64,000 nt of DNA from Flavipsychrobacter sp. GTDB lineage: Bacteria > Bacteroidota > Bacteroidia > Chitinophagales > Chitinophagaceae. Where the stretch lies: positions 167,334 through 231,333 of the forward strand of contig JAEUVX010000014.1 in assembly GCA_016786615.1 (NCBI GenBank). The letters are read 5' to 3'. The notes below the pieces were generated by a model, which had not been told where the DNA came from, did not search any database, and saw nothing but the letters and a program-made list of their open reading frames with translations. Below, piece after piece: positions 30,955 to 40,509 of the stretch. Every line of letters starts with the position of its first letter. The stretch's first letter is position 1. The translations under genes were made by a program, and so were the position numbers.

Positions 30955-31974
30955 ATGAAATCTTTTGCCAGCGATAATTATGCGGGTGTACTTCCCGAAG
31001 TGATGGAAGCTTTGCAACGCGCCAATGAAGCACATGCACGCTCTTATGGTGCTGATGATATTACAGCACGTACACGCAAACTGTTTTGTGAGGTGTTCGG
31101 GGCAAATGTAGATGTGTATTTTGTTTTCAACGGTACGGGTGCCAATGTGCTGAGCATCAGCAGCGCTACACACTCTTACAATTCGGTACTGTGTGCCGAT
31201 ATATCGCATATATATAATGATGAGTCTGCAGCACCTGAAACATTTACAGGTTGCCGTTTCTTTCCGCTGACATCGAATGAAAATGGTAAACTGACACCAG
31301 AAGTAATACAGCAACGCCTGATACGCAAAGGCGATATACACTATGCACAGACAAAGTTGTTGTCACTTACACAATCTACCGAGTATGGTACGGTATATAC
31401 TACCGATGAAATAAAAGCACTGGCTACACTGGCACACGATAACGATTTGTTTGTGCATGTAGATGGCTCTCGTTTTTTCAATGCAACTGCATCATTGGGT
31501 TGTGGTTTGAAAGATGTAGTAACCGATACAGGCGTAGATATACTTTCACTGGGTGGTACCAAAGCGGGTATGATGTTTGGCGAAGCGGTTGTTGTATTCA
31601 ATAACGATTTGAAAAAGCATATTGCCTACAAGCACAAACAAAGCATGCAGCTGGCATCTAAGACACGATTTATAGCTGCACAGTTTGAGGCTATGCTGCA
31701 AGGTGAGACGTGGCGCAAACATGCGTTGCACGCCAATGCAATGGCGCAATATTTGTCAGCATCATTGGCTGCATTCCCTCAGGTAAAAGTGACAAAACCT
31801 GTACAGGCAAATGCTGTATTTGCAGAGCTACCGCGAGAATGGAATAAACCACTGCAGGATGCGTATCCTTTCTATATATGGAAAGATGCAACGAATGAAG
31901 CCCGGCTCATGTGCAGCTTTGATACTACACATGAGGATATTGATGGCTTTACCGATATTATGAAACAGCTATAG
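30955..31974 (+). CDS. ltaE: Low-specificity L-threonine aldolase
   Basis: FASDN, NGTGAN, HVDGSR and LGGTK motifs. ATG 30955. Confidence 0.88.
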   Translation: MKSFASDNYAGVLPEVMEALQRANEAHARSYGADDITARTRKLFCEVFGANVDVYFVFNGTGANVLSISSATHSYNSVLCADISHIYNDESAAPETFTGCRFFPLTSNENGKLTPEVIQQRLIRKGDIHYAQTKLLSLTQSTEYGTVYTTDEIKALATLAHDNDLFVHVDGSRFFNATASLGCGLKDVVTDTGVDILSLGGTKAGMMFGEAVVVFNNDLKKHIAYKHKQSMQLASKTRFIAAQFEAMLQGETWRKHALHANAMAQYLSASLAAFPQVKVTKPVQANAVFAELPREWNKPLQDAYPFYIWKDATNEARLMCSFDTTHEDIDGFTDIMKQL

Positions 31975-31976
31975 CG

Positions 31977-33263
31977 CTACCAGCGGTCTTGCTTTGGCTT
32001 CGGTTTGTTGTTGTTATTATTATTCTTGTTGAAGCGCTTCTTGTTAGGTGTATTGTTCTGAATAGCATTCGGACGTTTTACCACGTCTTTATTCTTAGGC
32101 AGATTAATTTTCACAACATTTGAAGTGCTGGCAGGAAACGGATGGTTTTCTATAACAGGTATCTGCTTGCCTATCAGTTTCTGAATAGCTTTCAAATCAT
32201 CTTTTTCTTCATCATCGCAGAAAGAGAATGCTATACCTGCTGCGCCTGCACGGCCTGTACGTCCTATACGGTGTACATAGGTTTCAGGCACTTCAGGCAA
32301 GTCGTAGTTGATGACGTGCGATAGTGAATCTATATCTATACCACGTGCTGCTATATCTGTAGCCAGCAGTACTTTTATTTCACCTGTTTTAAAATTGTTC
32401 AGTGCGCGTTGTCTGGCGTTCTGCGATTTATTGCCGTGTATAGCCTCTGCATGTATGCCGTCTTTATACAGCTCTTTCACAACTTTGTCTGCACCATGTT
32501 TGGTGCGGGTAAAGACCAATACCCTGTCAATGTTCTTATCGTTCTTTATGATGAATGAAAGCAACTTACGCTTATCCTTCTTGTCAACATACAGTATATA
32601 CTGGTCTATCTTTTCTGCTGTGCTCGATACAGGGGTAACTTCTACTTTTTGCGGATTTACCAATATTGTATTTGCCAGCTTCTGTATTTCAGGCGGCATG
32701 GTAGCAGAGAAGAAAAGCGTCTGGCGTTTTGCAGGTAGCTTTGCCACTGTTTTCTTTACATCGTGTATAAAACCCATGTCCAGCATACGGTCGGCCTCGT
32801 CCAGTACAAATATCTTAATGTTACTGAGGCTGATGTATTTCTGTTCCATCAAATCGAGCAACCTGCCCGGTGTTGCTATTAATATATCAACACCCGCATG
32901 CAGTGCTTTTACCTGCGCGCCTTGCGGTACACCACCAAATATTACCAGATGCTTCAGGCGCAGGTGTTTGCCATAAGCTGCAAAGCTTTCACCTATCTGT
33001 ATCGCCAGTTCGCGGGTAGGTGTCAGTATCAGTGTTTTGATGACTTTGTGGCTGTTGTCAATAGGAGGTTCACTCATTAACTGCAGTATCGGCAATGCGA
33101 AAGCAGCCGTCTTACCCGTACCTGTTTGCGCGCAGCCAAGCAGGTCATTCTTTTGCAATACTATTGGTATCGATTGTTCTTGTATAGGAGTGGGATGGGT
33201 ATAACCCTCATGCTCTAATGCGTCCAGTATGGGCGCTATCAGATGTAATTCTTTAAATGTCAT
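31977..33263 (-). CDS. DEAD-box RNA helicase (RhlE-like)
   Basis: [21 protein letters not shown] and HRIGRTGR motifs; basic/Asn-rich tail. Confidence 0.95.
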   Translation of the reverse strand: MTFKELHLIAPILDALEHEGYTHPTPIQEQSIPIVLQKNDLLGCAQTGTGKTAAFALPILQLMSEPPIDNSHKVIKTLILTPTRELAIQIGESFAAYGKHLRLKHLVIFGGVPQGAQVKALHAGVDILIATPGRLLDLMEQKYISLSNIKIFVLDEADRMLDMGFIHDVKKTVAKLPAKRQTLFFSATMPPEIQKLANTILVNPQKVEVTPVSSTAEKIDQYILYVDKKDKRKLLSFIIKNDKNIDRVLVFTRTKHGADKVVKELYKDGIHAEAIHGNKSQNARQRALNNFKTGEIKVLLATDIAARGIDIDSLSHVINYDLPEVPETYVHRIGRTGRAGAAGIAFSFCDDEEKDDLKAIQKLIGKQIPVIENHPFPASTSNVVKINLPKNKDVVKRPNAIQNNTPNKKRFNKNNNNNNKPKPKQDRW

Positions 33264-33366
33264 TGTAAAAATTGTAGCCGGCTACGTACTGATTAAAAAC
33301 TAATAAGGCAGGAAGTCAGCGATTAAATATAAATGCAAAGGTAGGGTTTATATATTTAATGGGTTT

Positions 33367-34587
33367 TTAGCTCGGTTTTCGCTTAAACTTATCATAGCGT
33401 TTCTTATTTCTGTTTCCACCCGGTTTTCGGAAATCTGTTTTGAATTCCGGTGTCGGGCCAAACTCAGCAGGTACAGGTAGTTTCTCTACAGGGTGCCCCA
33501 GTAACTGTTCTATTCTGTGAAATTTAAACTGTTCCTTGTCATTAATGAAAGTATAAGCGCAGCCTGTTGATGCTGCACGGGCCGTACGCCCTATACGGTG
33601 GATGTAGTCCTCACCTTCGTGCGGCACATCATAGTTTATTACCAGCTCTATATCTTCAATATCTATACCGCGGCTTAGTATATCCGTTGCTACCAGTATC
33701 TTCAGTTTCTTACTCCGGAAATCTATTAATACCTGTTCGCGCTGCTCCTGTTCCAGGTCAGAGTGTATTTCATCAGCGGGTAGTTTTTGTTTTTTCAGGT
33801 CTTTGGTCAGTTGTTTTACGCTTTGTTTACTGCTGCAAAAAATCAATACACTGTTGTATTCTTTCTCTTTCAGTATGTGTTTTACAAGCGGTATTTTTTG
33901 TTCGTCATGTACAAGGAAGGCTCCCTGTTTCATCTTATCTGGCGGGCGGGATATGGCTATGTTTACTTCTATAGGTTCTTTCAGTATCGTGTTTGCCAGC
34001 TTGCGTATGGCAGGTGGCATGGTTGCAGAGAACATCAGGTTCTGTCTTTCCTTCGGCATGTGAGAAATGATTTTTACGATGTCCTCGTAGAAACCCATAT
34101 CCAACATACGGTCGGCCTCGTCCAGTACCAGATATTTCACTGCACTCATCTTCACATACCCCATATTCAGGTGCGATATCATACGCCCCGGTGTACAAAC
34201 AACTACATCCACACCATGCGATAATGCTTTTTTCTCAATAGCAAAAGAATCACCGCTTCCGCCGCCATATACCGCTATGCAACTGATGGGTGTGTAGTAA
34301 GAAACGCCTTCCAGTATCTGTACTATCTGCACTGCCAGTTCGCGCGTAGGTACAATTATCATCGAGTTTACCTGATTATCGTCTTTGGTATGCCACAGGA
34401 TATTCTGTATCAGCGGCAGCAGGAATGCAGCAGTTTTACCTGTTCCGGTCTGTGCCGCTGCAATAATGTCTTTGCCATCAAGTATATGTGGTATCACCTG
34501 TGCCTGCACAGGGGTAGCTGTAGTATATCCCATCGACTCAATGCCATCCATCAAATCATCATCAAACCCGAAATCCGTAAAGTTCAA
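33367..34587 (-). CDS. DEAD-box RNA helicase
   Basis: [21 protein letters not shown] and HRIGRTAR motifs. Probable TTG start at 34587 (MNFTDFGF). Confidence 0.93.
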   Translation of the reverse strand: MNFTDFGFDDDLMDGIESMGYTTATPVQAQVIPHILDGKDIIAAAQTGTGKTAAFLLPLIQNILWHTKDDNQVNSMIIVPTRELAVQIVQILEGVSYYTPISCIAVYGGGSGDSFAIEKKALSHGVDVVVCTPGRMISHLNMGYVKMSAVKYLVLDEADRMLDMGFYEDIVKIISHMPKERQNLMFSATMPPAIRKLANTILKEPIEVNIAISRPPDKMKQGAFLVHDEQKIPLVKHILKEKEYNSVLIFCSSKQSVKQLTKDLKKQKLPADEIHSDLEQEQREQVLIDFRSKKLKILVATDILSRGIDIEDIELVINYDVPHEGEDYIHRIGRTARAASTGCAYTFINDKEQFKFHRIEQLLGHPVEKLPVPAEFGPTPEFKTDFRKPGGNRNKKRYDKFKRKPS

Positions 34588-34655
34588 AATATATGCTTTT
34601 GTTTCAATTCTTGTAAAGATAAGGCAGAACGGGCTTATAACAGGTTTTAATACAA

Positions 34656-34683
34656 ATGCCCCGGTATAATAATACCGGGGCAT
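34656..34683 (-). terminator. Terminator closing the GyrI-like + small ORF transcript
   Basis: Perfect 12-bp stem ATGCCCCGGTAT-(4 nt)-ATACCGGGGCAT, followed by TTGTATT on the minus strand. Confidence 0.75.
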
Positions 34684-34708
34684 AAACAAACGGGTTTATA
34701 GTTACAAG

Positions 34709-34819
34709 TTATCTGTGCAGCTTACAGATGCCGCCAATGCTGTAATTGATGGTGCAAAACAGCCACCCGAAACAGCCCCGGCATATCATGCGGATGGTTT
34801 TACAGCACATAGTTTTCAT
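34709..34819 (-). CDS. Cys-rich 36-aa micropeptide not in the ORF track (MKTMCCKTIRMICRGCFGWLFCTINYSIGGICKLHR)
   Basis: Hand-translated ATG 34819 to TAA 34709. It starts 12 nt after the GyrI-like stop and ends before a terminator. Confidence 0.5.
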   Translation of the reverse strand: MKTMCCKTIRMICRGCFGWLFCTINYSIGGICKLHR

Positions 34820-34831
34820 AAGTAGTATCTT

Positions 34832-35287
34832 TTATTGTACCCCTATCTGCACTTCGGTTACATTATTAGCAGGTTGTTCCATATCTACTACTGTATATAC
34901 TTCCCTGCATTCCTGTGTCATATTCAATCCGTTGGTACGCAGCTCGGCTATAATGCGTCCGTATGTTTCATACAGATTATCCCATGAGCCTTTGTGGGTG
35001 GTTGATATGTATTTGAAGTCGGGTGTTTCGCTGATGCTGAAGCCATCAGTACTGCCAACAGGCATTCCGCTTATAGGCAATCCCATTTCAAGTGTAAAGA
35101 TTGTTTCCTTGTTGCCATCGGCACCCATATAGCGCCATATTTGCCCGCCGGCAGGAATCAGTCCCGCCTTGCCTGCTATTTCATACAAACGCTTCGGTGT
35201 ATTGCCCGAGTCTTTTTGAATGTTATGCAAAGATGTCCGGATAGTAGCTGACAGTACTTTTACTGGTGCTTGTGTTTTGATTTCCAT
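34832..35287 (-). CDS. GyrI-like small-molecule-binding domain protein
   Basis: 151 aa; FTLEMGLPI, HKGSWDNLYETY and CREVY match the GyrI/AraC effector-binding pattern. Confidence 0.75.
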   Translation of the reverse strand: MEIKTQAPVKVLSATIRTSLHNIQKDSGNTPKRLYEIAGKAGLIPAGGQIWRYMGADGNKETIFTLEMGLPISGMPVGSTDGFSISETPDFKYISTTHKGSWDNLYETYGRIIAELRTNGLNMTQECREVYTVVDMEQPANNVTEVQIGVQ

Positions 35288-35295
35288 AATTATGA

Positions 35296-35347
35296 TTGTT
35301 TATGGTGCAAAGCAACGATGGGGTAGTGACAGCCTTATGTCAGCAGC
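35296..35347 (-). promoter_or_regulatory. Promoter/operator copy A (TGACA-N6-TGTCA, putative WYL regulator site)
   Basis: Minus strand GCTGC-TGACA-TAAGGC-TGTCA-CTACCC-CATC-GTTGCTTTGCA-C-CATAAACAA; 46/52 identical to 36351-36402. Confidence 0.8.
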
Positions 35348-35359
35348 TGTAAATAATTT

Positions 35360-36304
35360 TTAAGAATAATGCTTGCTTAGTTCTTTTATCCAGTTCTTCA
35401 TCATGTCTTTGATGCTTTTCGGGTATAGGATTGTGGCATTGCTTTTGAATGTCAGCAGCCAGCTACAGAGGTATTCCGGGTAGGCCACCATAAATTTCAT
35501 CTCCGTTACATCTTTCTTTTTTTCCTCGCTTACAAACCCATAGTATAGCCGTTGTTCTTTTATATAACGTATCACACTGTTGTCAAAAGCAATGCAAACT
35601 TCTGTCATATTGTGTTTCGAACGGAAGTCTTTCAGGTATTCTTCCAGTGTAGGTGTGGCTATAGTAAATAATGTATCAGTCCTGTGCAGTTGCTGTATTC
35701 TGTCGAGCCTGAAGTTGCGATAGCCATTGCGCAGGTGGCACCACGCCACCAGGTGCCAGTAGTTGTTTACATAATAGATACCTACAGGTTCTATCAGTCG
35801 TTCATTTACTTCTTCCGAATGATTGGTATAGTAAACAATACGCACTGCTTTCTTCTGGCTGATGCTTTGCAATATATCTATGATATGGTTGCCTGTACCT
35901 GCCGGTGGGTTGGTATTGCGTTTGAAAACCTGTATAGCTCCTTCAATATCTTCCAGCATACCTTTTTCTGTGCTGCGCAATACTGCTTTTATTTTATAGA
36001 GTGCGGCCTTGTATTGCTCTGCAGTGGCTTTGTCGGTCATTTTATCAATGAACTTTTCTGCCGTTACAAAAGTGATAGCCTCTTCTTTGGTAAACATCAC
36101 TGGAGGTAGTCTATAGCCATCCATAATGCTATAGCCAACACCTGCCTCGCCTATAATAGGTACGCCTGCTTCTTCCAGCGAACCAACATCTCTGTACACC
36201 GTACGCAGGCTGATGCCGAAGCGGTCGGCTATTTCCTGGGCTTTTACTACTTTCTTTGATTGTAGCTGAATGAGTATGGCTGTTATCCTGTCGAGGCGGT
36301 TCAT
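35360..36304 (-). CDS. YafY-family HTH-WYL-WCX transcriptional regulator
   Basis: MNRLDRITAILIQLQ..ISLRTVYRD HTH, GEAGVGY, WYL domain YWHLVAWC..RNFRLDRI, C-terminal WCX-like domain. Confidence 0.93.
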   Translation of the reverse strand: MNRLDRITAILIQLQSKKVVKAQEIADRFGISLRTVYRDVGSLEEAGVPIIGEAGVGYSIMDGYRLPPVMFTKEEAITFVTAEKFIDKMTDKATAEQYKAALYKIKAVLRSTEKGMLEDIEGAIQVFKRNTNPPAGTGNHIIDILQSISQKKAVRIVYYTNHSEEVNERLIEPVGIYYVNNYWHLVAWCHLRNGYRNFRLDRIQQLHRTDTLFTIATPTLEEYLKDFRSKHNMTEVCIAFDNSVIRYIKEQRLYYGFVSEEKKKDVTEMKFMVAYPEYLCSWLLTFKSNATILYPKSIKDMMKNWIKELSKHYS

Positions 36305-36350
36305 GATGACGTAAAGATAGCCTGAAAAATATTTTTAAAAATTTCTGAAA

Positions 36351-36402
36351 GCTGTTGACATAGGGCTGTCACTACCCGGTTGTTGCTTTGCATCATAAAC
36401 AA
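36351..36402 (+). promoter_or_regulatory. Promoter/operator copy B (TGACA-N6-TGTCA)
   Basis: GCTGT-TGACA-TAGGGC-TGTCA-CTACCC-GGTT-GTTGCTTTGCA-T-CATAAACAA. Confidence 0.8.
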
Positions 36403-36414
36403 ATACAAGTAACT

Positions 36415-36924
36415 ATGACACAAATTCAATCGCTGCTGAAAGAAATGGAACACGAAGCGGCAACTACAAAGAAATTTCTATCACTTGTGCCTGCAGACAA
36501 GTTTGATTACAAACCACATCCTAAGAGTATGCCAATGAAAGAACTGGCAACGCATATTGCAGAAATACCTGCATGGATAAAAATGGTATTGACAACGGAA
36601 GGGCTTGACTTTGCTGCAACGCCTTATGTACCTACGCCGGTTAGTTCTACAACAGATTTGCTGGCACTGCAGGAAAAAAGCTTCGATGAAGGCTACGAAC
36701 AGCTATCTAAAGCTACTGAGGCCGATTTTGAACGTATATGGACTATGCGTCAGGGAGATGTTGTTTTCAGCGAGCTGCCTGTTGGCGAAAATATACGCCA
36801 TTGTTTTTGCCAGATAGTTCACCACCGTGCACAATTGGGTGTTTACCTGCGCCTGCTGAATATACCGATACCCGGTAGCTACGGACCAAGTGCTGATGAA
36901 ATGGGCGAATACAAACCTGAATAA
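36415..36924 (+). CDS. DinB/YfiT family protein
   Basis: KPHPKSM..LATHIAE and IVHHRAQLGVYLR..PGSYGPSADE motifs. ATG 36415. Confidence 0.88.
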   Translation: MTQIQSLLKEMEHEAATTKKFLSLVPADKFDYKPHPKSMPMKELATHIAEIPAWIKMVLTTEGLDFAATPYVPTPVSSTTDLLALQEKSFDEGYEQLSKATEADFERIWTMRQGDVVFSELPVGENIRHCFCQIVHHRAQLGVYLRLLNIPIPGSYGPSADEMGEYKPE

Positions 36925-36934
36925 GAACACAAAT

Positions 36935-36964
36935 AATAAGAGCCACCTGTAAGTGGCTCTTATT
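36935..36964. terminator. Bidirectional terminator
   Basis: AATAAGAGCCAC-CTGTAA-GTGGCTCTTATT. Confidence 0.85.
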
Positions 36965-38290
36965 TTATTTTGCTATTGCAATTTTTACTTTCTGATTCTT
37001 AATCTTTTTGTCCTTAATAAGGTGCAGCGCATGGCTGGCCTTTATTTTTTTGATGGATACAAAAGAGAAGAAATCTTTTACTTCTATCAGGCCTATGTCT
37101 TCTTTCTTTAGTTCTGCCTGTTGAGAAAGGAAGCCTACAATATCTATTTTATTAACCTTGTCTTTCTTGCCCGCTGCTATAAACAATGCGGTCCATTTTG
37201 GTTTTTCTGGCAGGTGGTTCCCTTCCTGTATTTCCATTTCAGTTATCGTATCTGCATCCAGGTATTTTGGCAACGTTTCTTCCTGCGATAATATCAGCAC
37301 CGCAGTACCGCTCGCATCCATACGTGCAGTACGTCCGTTGCGGTGGGTAAAAATGTCTTCTGTATGTGGTAGGTGATAATGTACTATATAACGAATGTTT
37401 GGAATGTCCAGTCCGCGTGATGCAATATCTGTTGTTACTAAAAAGTCTACAGCACCGCTACGGAATTTGAATAGCGCACTATCCCTGTCCTTTTGTTCCA
37501 TCGCACCATGATAAAATTCATTCACCACTCCTTGCTCTGTAAGCCAGTTGCTGGTACGTTCTACAGACTCTCTGTGGTTGCAGAATATAATTGCAGAACG
37601 GTTTCCTATCTGGCATATCAGTTCCAGCAGTGTTCCCAGTTTGTCTTTATCCTCAGAGTGTAAAGTCTTTACCTCTAATCCCAAAGACTCTGTAAGCTTC
37701 TCTGTAATATAGTTGAGCCTTACAGGGTTTTCCAGTTGCAGAAAATCAGGTATTTCAACTGCTTCAGTTGCAGAGGTGAGTATGCGCTTATTAACGTTTG
37801 GCAGAGACTCTATGATAAACGATACTTCTTCCAGAAAACCAAGCTCCAAAGATTTATCAAATTCATCCAGCACTATCGTAGTAATTGTATCAGTCGTGAT
37901 GCTCTCTCTGCGTATATGGTCGCACAGCCTGCCGGGTGTGCCTATCAATACTGCAGGCGGTTCTATCAGGTTGTTTTCTTCAATCTCACGTTTGTGCCCG
38001 CCGTAGCAACAGGTTGTTTTAAAACCTGTGCCCATACTTTTAAATACCAGTTCTATCTGCTGTGCCAGTTCGCGCGATGGTACAACGATAATAGCCTGTG
38101 TACTCTTGCTGTTTTTATCCAGTTGTGCTACAATCGGCATCAGGAATGCAATGGTCTTACCGCTACCGGTGGCAGAAAGCAGTACCATATCGTTATCTTT
38201 TTGTCCGGCATCCATGGCTGCAAGCTGCATTTCATTCAGCTTGTCAATCTTCATGTTGGACAATATTGTATCTACAGAGAAATTTTGCAT
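36965..38290 (-). CDS. DEAD/DEAH-box RNA helicase with C-terminal DbpA-type RNA-binding domain
   Basis: SATGSGKT, PSRELA, DEFD, SAT, HRNGRTAR; C-terminal GKKDKVNKIDIVG..IGLIEV. Confidence 0.9.
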   Translation of the reverse strand: MQNFSVDTILSNMKIDKLNEMQLAAMDAGQKDNDMVLLSATGSGKTIAFLMPIVAQLDKNSKSTQAIIVVPSRELAQQIELVFKSMGTGFKTTCCYGGHKREIEENNLIEPPAVLIGTPGRLCDHIRRESITTDTITTIVLDEFDKSLELGFLEEVSFIIESLPNVNKRILTSATEAVEIPDFLQLENPVRLNYITEKLTESLGLEVKTLHSEDKDKLGTLLELICQIGNRSAIIFCNHRESVERTSNWLTEQGVVNEFYHGAMEQKDRDSALFKFRSGAVDFLVTTDIASRGLDIPNIRYIVHYHLPHTEDIFTHRNGRTARMDASGTAVLILSQEETLPKYLDADTITEMEIQEGNHLPEKPKWTALFIAAGKKDKVNKIDIVGFLSQQAELKKEDIGLIEVKDFFSFVSIKKIKASHALHLIKDKKIKNQKVKIAIAK

Positions 38291-38388
38291 CGCCGCAAAG
38301 GTACGAATGTTAGCCCGGAGAGCCTATTCTGCTGTTAATTAACATTTTGGTCGCAAATAGCTGTAGTATATTTATTCAAACCACCTGT

Positions 38389-39354
38389 ATGAAAAAACTA
38401 TTACTCTGCATTTCAATTGCTGGTATCTACACAGCATCTGCCCAAACCTATCAGCAAAAGGTTTTCGATGATAGTTATTTCGAAGCCACAAGAAAAGCAC
38501 AGGCTCTGTACGATACCAAGCAATACAAGCAGTCGGCTATGGCATACAGCAAGGCATTTTCAGATGCTGGTGGTAAATGCATGTTGCAGGATAGATATAA
38601 CGCGGCATGCTCATGGTCTATGGCAGGTAATACTGATAGTGCAATAACTTATTTGCAACTTGCCGCCAATGGCAGATATACAAGTTATAATCACCTGATT
38701 TTAGACCCGGATCTGGATGCATTGCATACAGATACACGTTGGGATATGATATGTAAAAAAGTAAATGAAAACCGCCTCATCAGTCTGTCTGCTGCAAATA
38801 TGAACTTACTATATCTGCTTGACACAGTTATGCAAAATGACCAGCGAGAACGTATGAAGTTTGATAATACACGGGAGAAATACGGTGTCAATTCAAAAGA
38901 GTTCAGAACGCTGGTGGCTACCATGAATAAATTCGACTCAGTTAATATCTTGCGCGTTACTAATATCCTGGATACGCATGGCTGGCCACATAGGGCAGAG
39001 GTAGGTGACGAAGGTTCACAGGCTGTTTTCATGGTTATACAACATGCAGACATCAGTGTACAGGAAAAATACCTGCCTCACGTTCGTGATGCTGTAAAAG
39101 CAAGAGATGTCAGGCCATCGTCTTTGGCGTTGCTGGAAGACCGTATTGCTGTCAGTAATGGTAAAAAGCAACTGTATGGTACACAATTAGGGATGAAGCA
39201 GGATGGTACTTATTACCTTGATGAGTTGGAAGACCCCGATAATGTAGATAAACGCAGAGCTTCTGTTGGTCTCGGCCCGCTGGCCGATTACCTTATGCAG
39301 TGGAACTTGAAATGGGATCCGGCTACATACAAAAAGGAGCACAACCTTAAGTAA
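38389..39354 (+). CDS. Secreted TPR + DUF6624-like protein
   Basis: Signal peptide, YNAACSW TPR-like segment, DQxxR, GWP, IQHAD, LEDR, QLYGTQ and VDKRRASVGL motifs. Confidence 0.75.
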   Translation: MKKLLLCISIAGIYTASAQTYQQKVFDDSYFEATRKAQALYDTKQYKQSAMAYSKAFSDAGGKCMLQDRYNAACSWSMAGNTDSAITYLQLAANGRYTSYNHLILDPDLDALHTDTRWDMICKKVNENRLISLSAANMNLLYLLDTVMQNDQRERMKFDNTREKYGVNSKEFRTLVATMNKFDSVNILRVTNILDTHGWPHRAEVGDEGSQAVFMVIQHADISVQEKYLPHVRDAVKARDVRPSSLALLEDRIAVSNGKKQLYGTQLGMKQDGTYYLDELEDPDNVDKRRASVGLGPLADYLMQWNLKWDPATYKKEHNLK

Positions 39355-39378
39355 TCACACCTGCTCTAAGAAAAAAAT

Positions 39379-39414
39379 AATACATAAGAGTTTGATGTAT
39401 TGAAAACTTATGTA
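39379..39414. promoter_or_regulatory. Candidate PadR operator (overlapping inverted repeats)
   Basis: AATACAT-N9-ATGTATT at 39379-39401 and TACATAAG...CTTATGTA at 39381-39414. Confidence 0.55.
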
Positions 39415-39441
39415 TCTTCGTTTCAGAAAACGGAGATTGAA

Positions 39442-39783
39442 ATGATATTTTCATCAGAGTTGATAAAAGGTACATTGAAAACTATTGTGCTGAAGCTGCT
39501 GGCCGACAATAAAAAGATGTATGGCTACGAGATAACTCAAACAGTCAAGGAGCTTACCAAAGACAGGATACAGCTTACCGAAGGTGCACTGTACCCGACG
39601 TTGCATGCACTGGAAGCAGATGGCTTGCTGACTACAGAAACAGAGTATATAGGTAAGCGTGTGCGCAAGTACTACAGCCTGAGCCCAAAGGGTAAAAGCA
39701 AAGCGAAGGAGCGTGTGAACGAGTTTACAGAGTTTGTAGAGACCATGCAGTCATTGTTAGACATTAAACCAAGATTGGCATAA
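39442..39783 (+). CDS. PadR family transcriptional regulator
   Basis: ELIKGTL..MYGYEI, EGALYPTLH, RKYYSL motifs. ATG 39442. Confidence 0.93.
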   Translation: MIFSSELIKGTLKTIVLKLLADNKKMYGYEITQTVKELTKDRIQLTEGALYPTLHALEADGLLTTETEYIGKRVRKYYSLSPKGKSKAKERVNEFTEFVETMQSLLDIKPRLA

Positions 39784-40502
39784 TGTATCGCATCACTGAC
39801 CAACAAGTTGATTATATTCTTGACGACATAAGACGTCGTGGCGTTGAGATGGAGGATCTGCAGTATAACCTCCTGGATCATATTTGTTGCATCATTGAGC
39901 GAAACCTTGAAGAGGATGGAGACTTTGAGGCTTACTATCAGCAAACAGTTGCAGGCTTTTACAAACAGCAATTGTCTGAGATAGAAGAGGAAACCATCCG
40001 ATTGTTAACATTCAAAAACTATTACGGTATGAAAAAACTGATGATGGGCTGCGGTGCATTTTCTGCATTTGCATTCGTAGTTGGTTCGTTTTTTAAAGTA
40101 ATGCACTGGCCCGGGGCAGGAGTTATCTTAGGCCTCGCATTCCTTGTGTTCTGTTTATTATTTCTCCCGTTGTTGTTCCTTCTCAAAACAAAGGAGACAG
40201 GTGCAGCCAGAGATAGAATAATTCTTGGAACCGCAACGCTTGCAGGTATTTTGTACGGCATATCTATGCTGTTTCAGATTATGCACTGGCCGGGTGCACG
40301 TATTATCTGGTTCTCAACATTGGGGCTGTCGGCTTTTGTCTTATTACCACTTTATTTTTTCAATGGTATTCGCAAGCCCGATGCTAAGACCAATACGATT
40401 GTAACCAGTATTATACTGATCGGTGTATTAGGTATGCAGTTTACACTGACAGCACTGCATAAAAAGCCTGAACCACAAACAGAATTACAGGCAAGTAAAT
40501 AA
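39783..40502 (+). CDS. Membrane protein with N-terminal helical domain and two GldL-like TM repeats
   Basis: TAATG coupling to padR; ELLDH-like NLLDHICC N-terminus; repeats FKVMHWPGA and FQIMHWPGA. Confidence 0.65.
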   Translation: MYRITDQQVDYILDDIRRRGVEMEDLQYNLLDHICCIIERNLEEDGDFEAYYQQTVAGFYKQQLSEIEEETIRLLTFKNYYGMKKLMMGCGAFSAFAFVVGSFFKVMHWPGAGVILGLAFLVFCLLFLPLLFLLKTKETGAARDRIILGTATLAGILYGISMLFQIMHWPGARIIWFSTLGLSAFVLLPLYFFNGIRKPDAKTNTIVTSIILIGVLGMQFTLTALHKKPEPQTELQASK

Positions 40503-40509
40503 TCTCCTT

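Noticed and set aside
32003-32030. AAT/AAC run encoding poly-Asn in the helicase tail
   Set aside because: Low-complexity tails are common in DEAD-box helicases; mixed codons argue against a slippage switch.
34746-35132. 128-aa plus-strand ORF
   Set aside because: Antisense to the GyrI-like gene and the Cys-rich peptide, with no motif.
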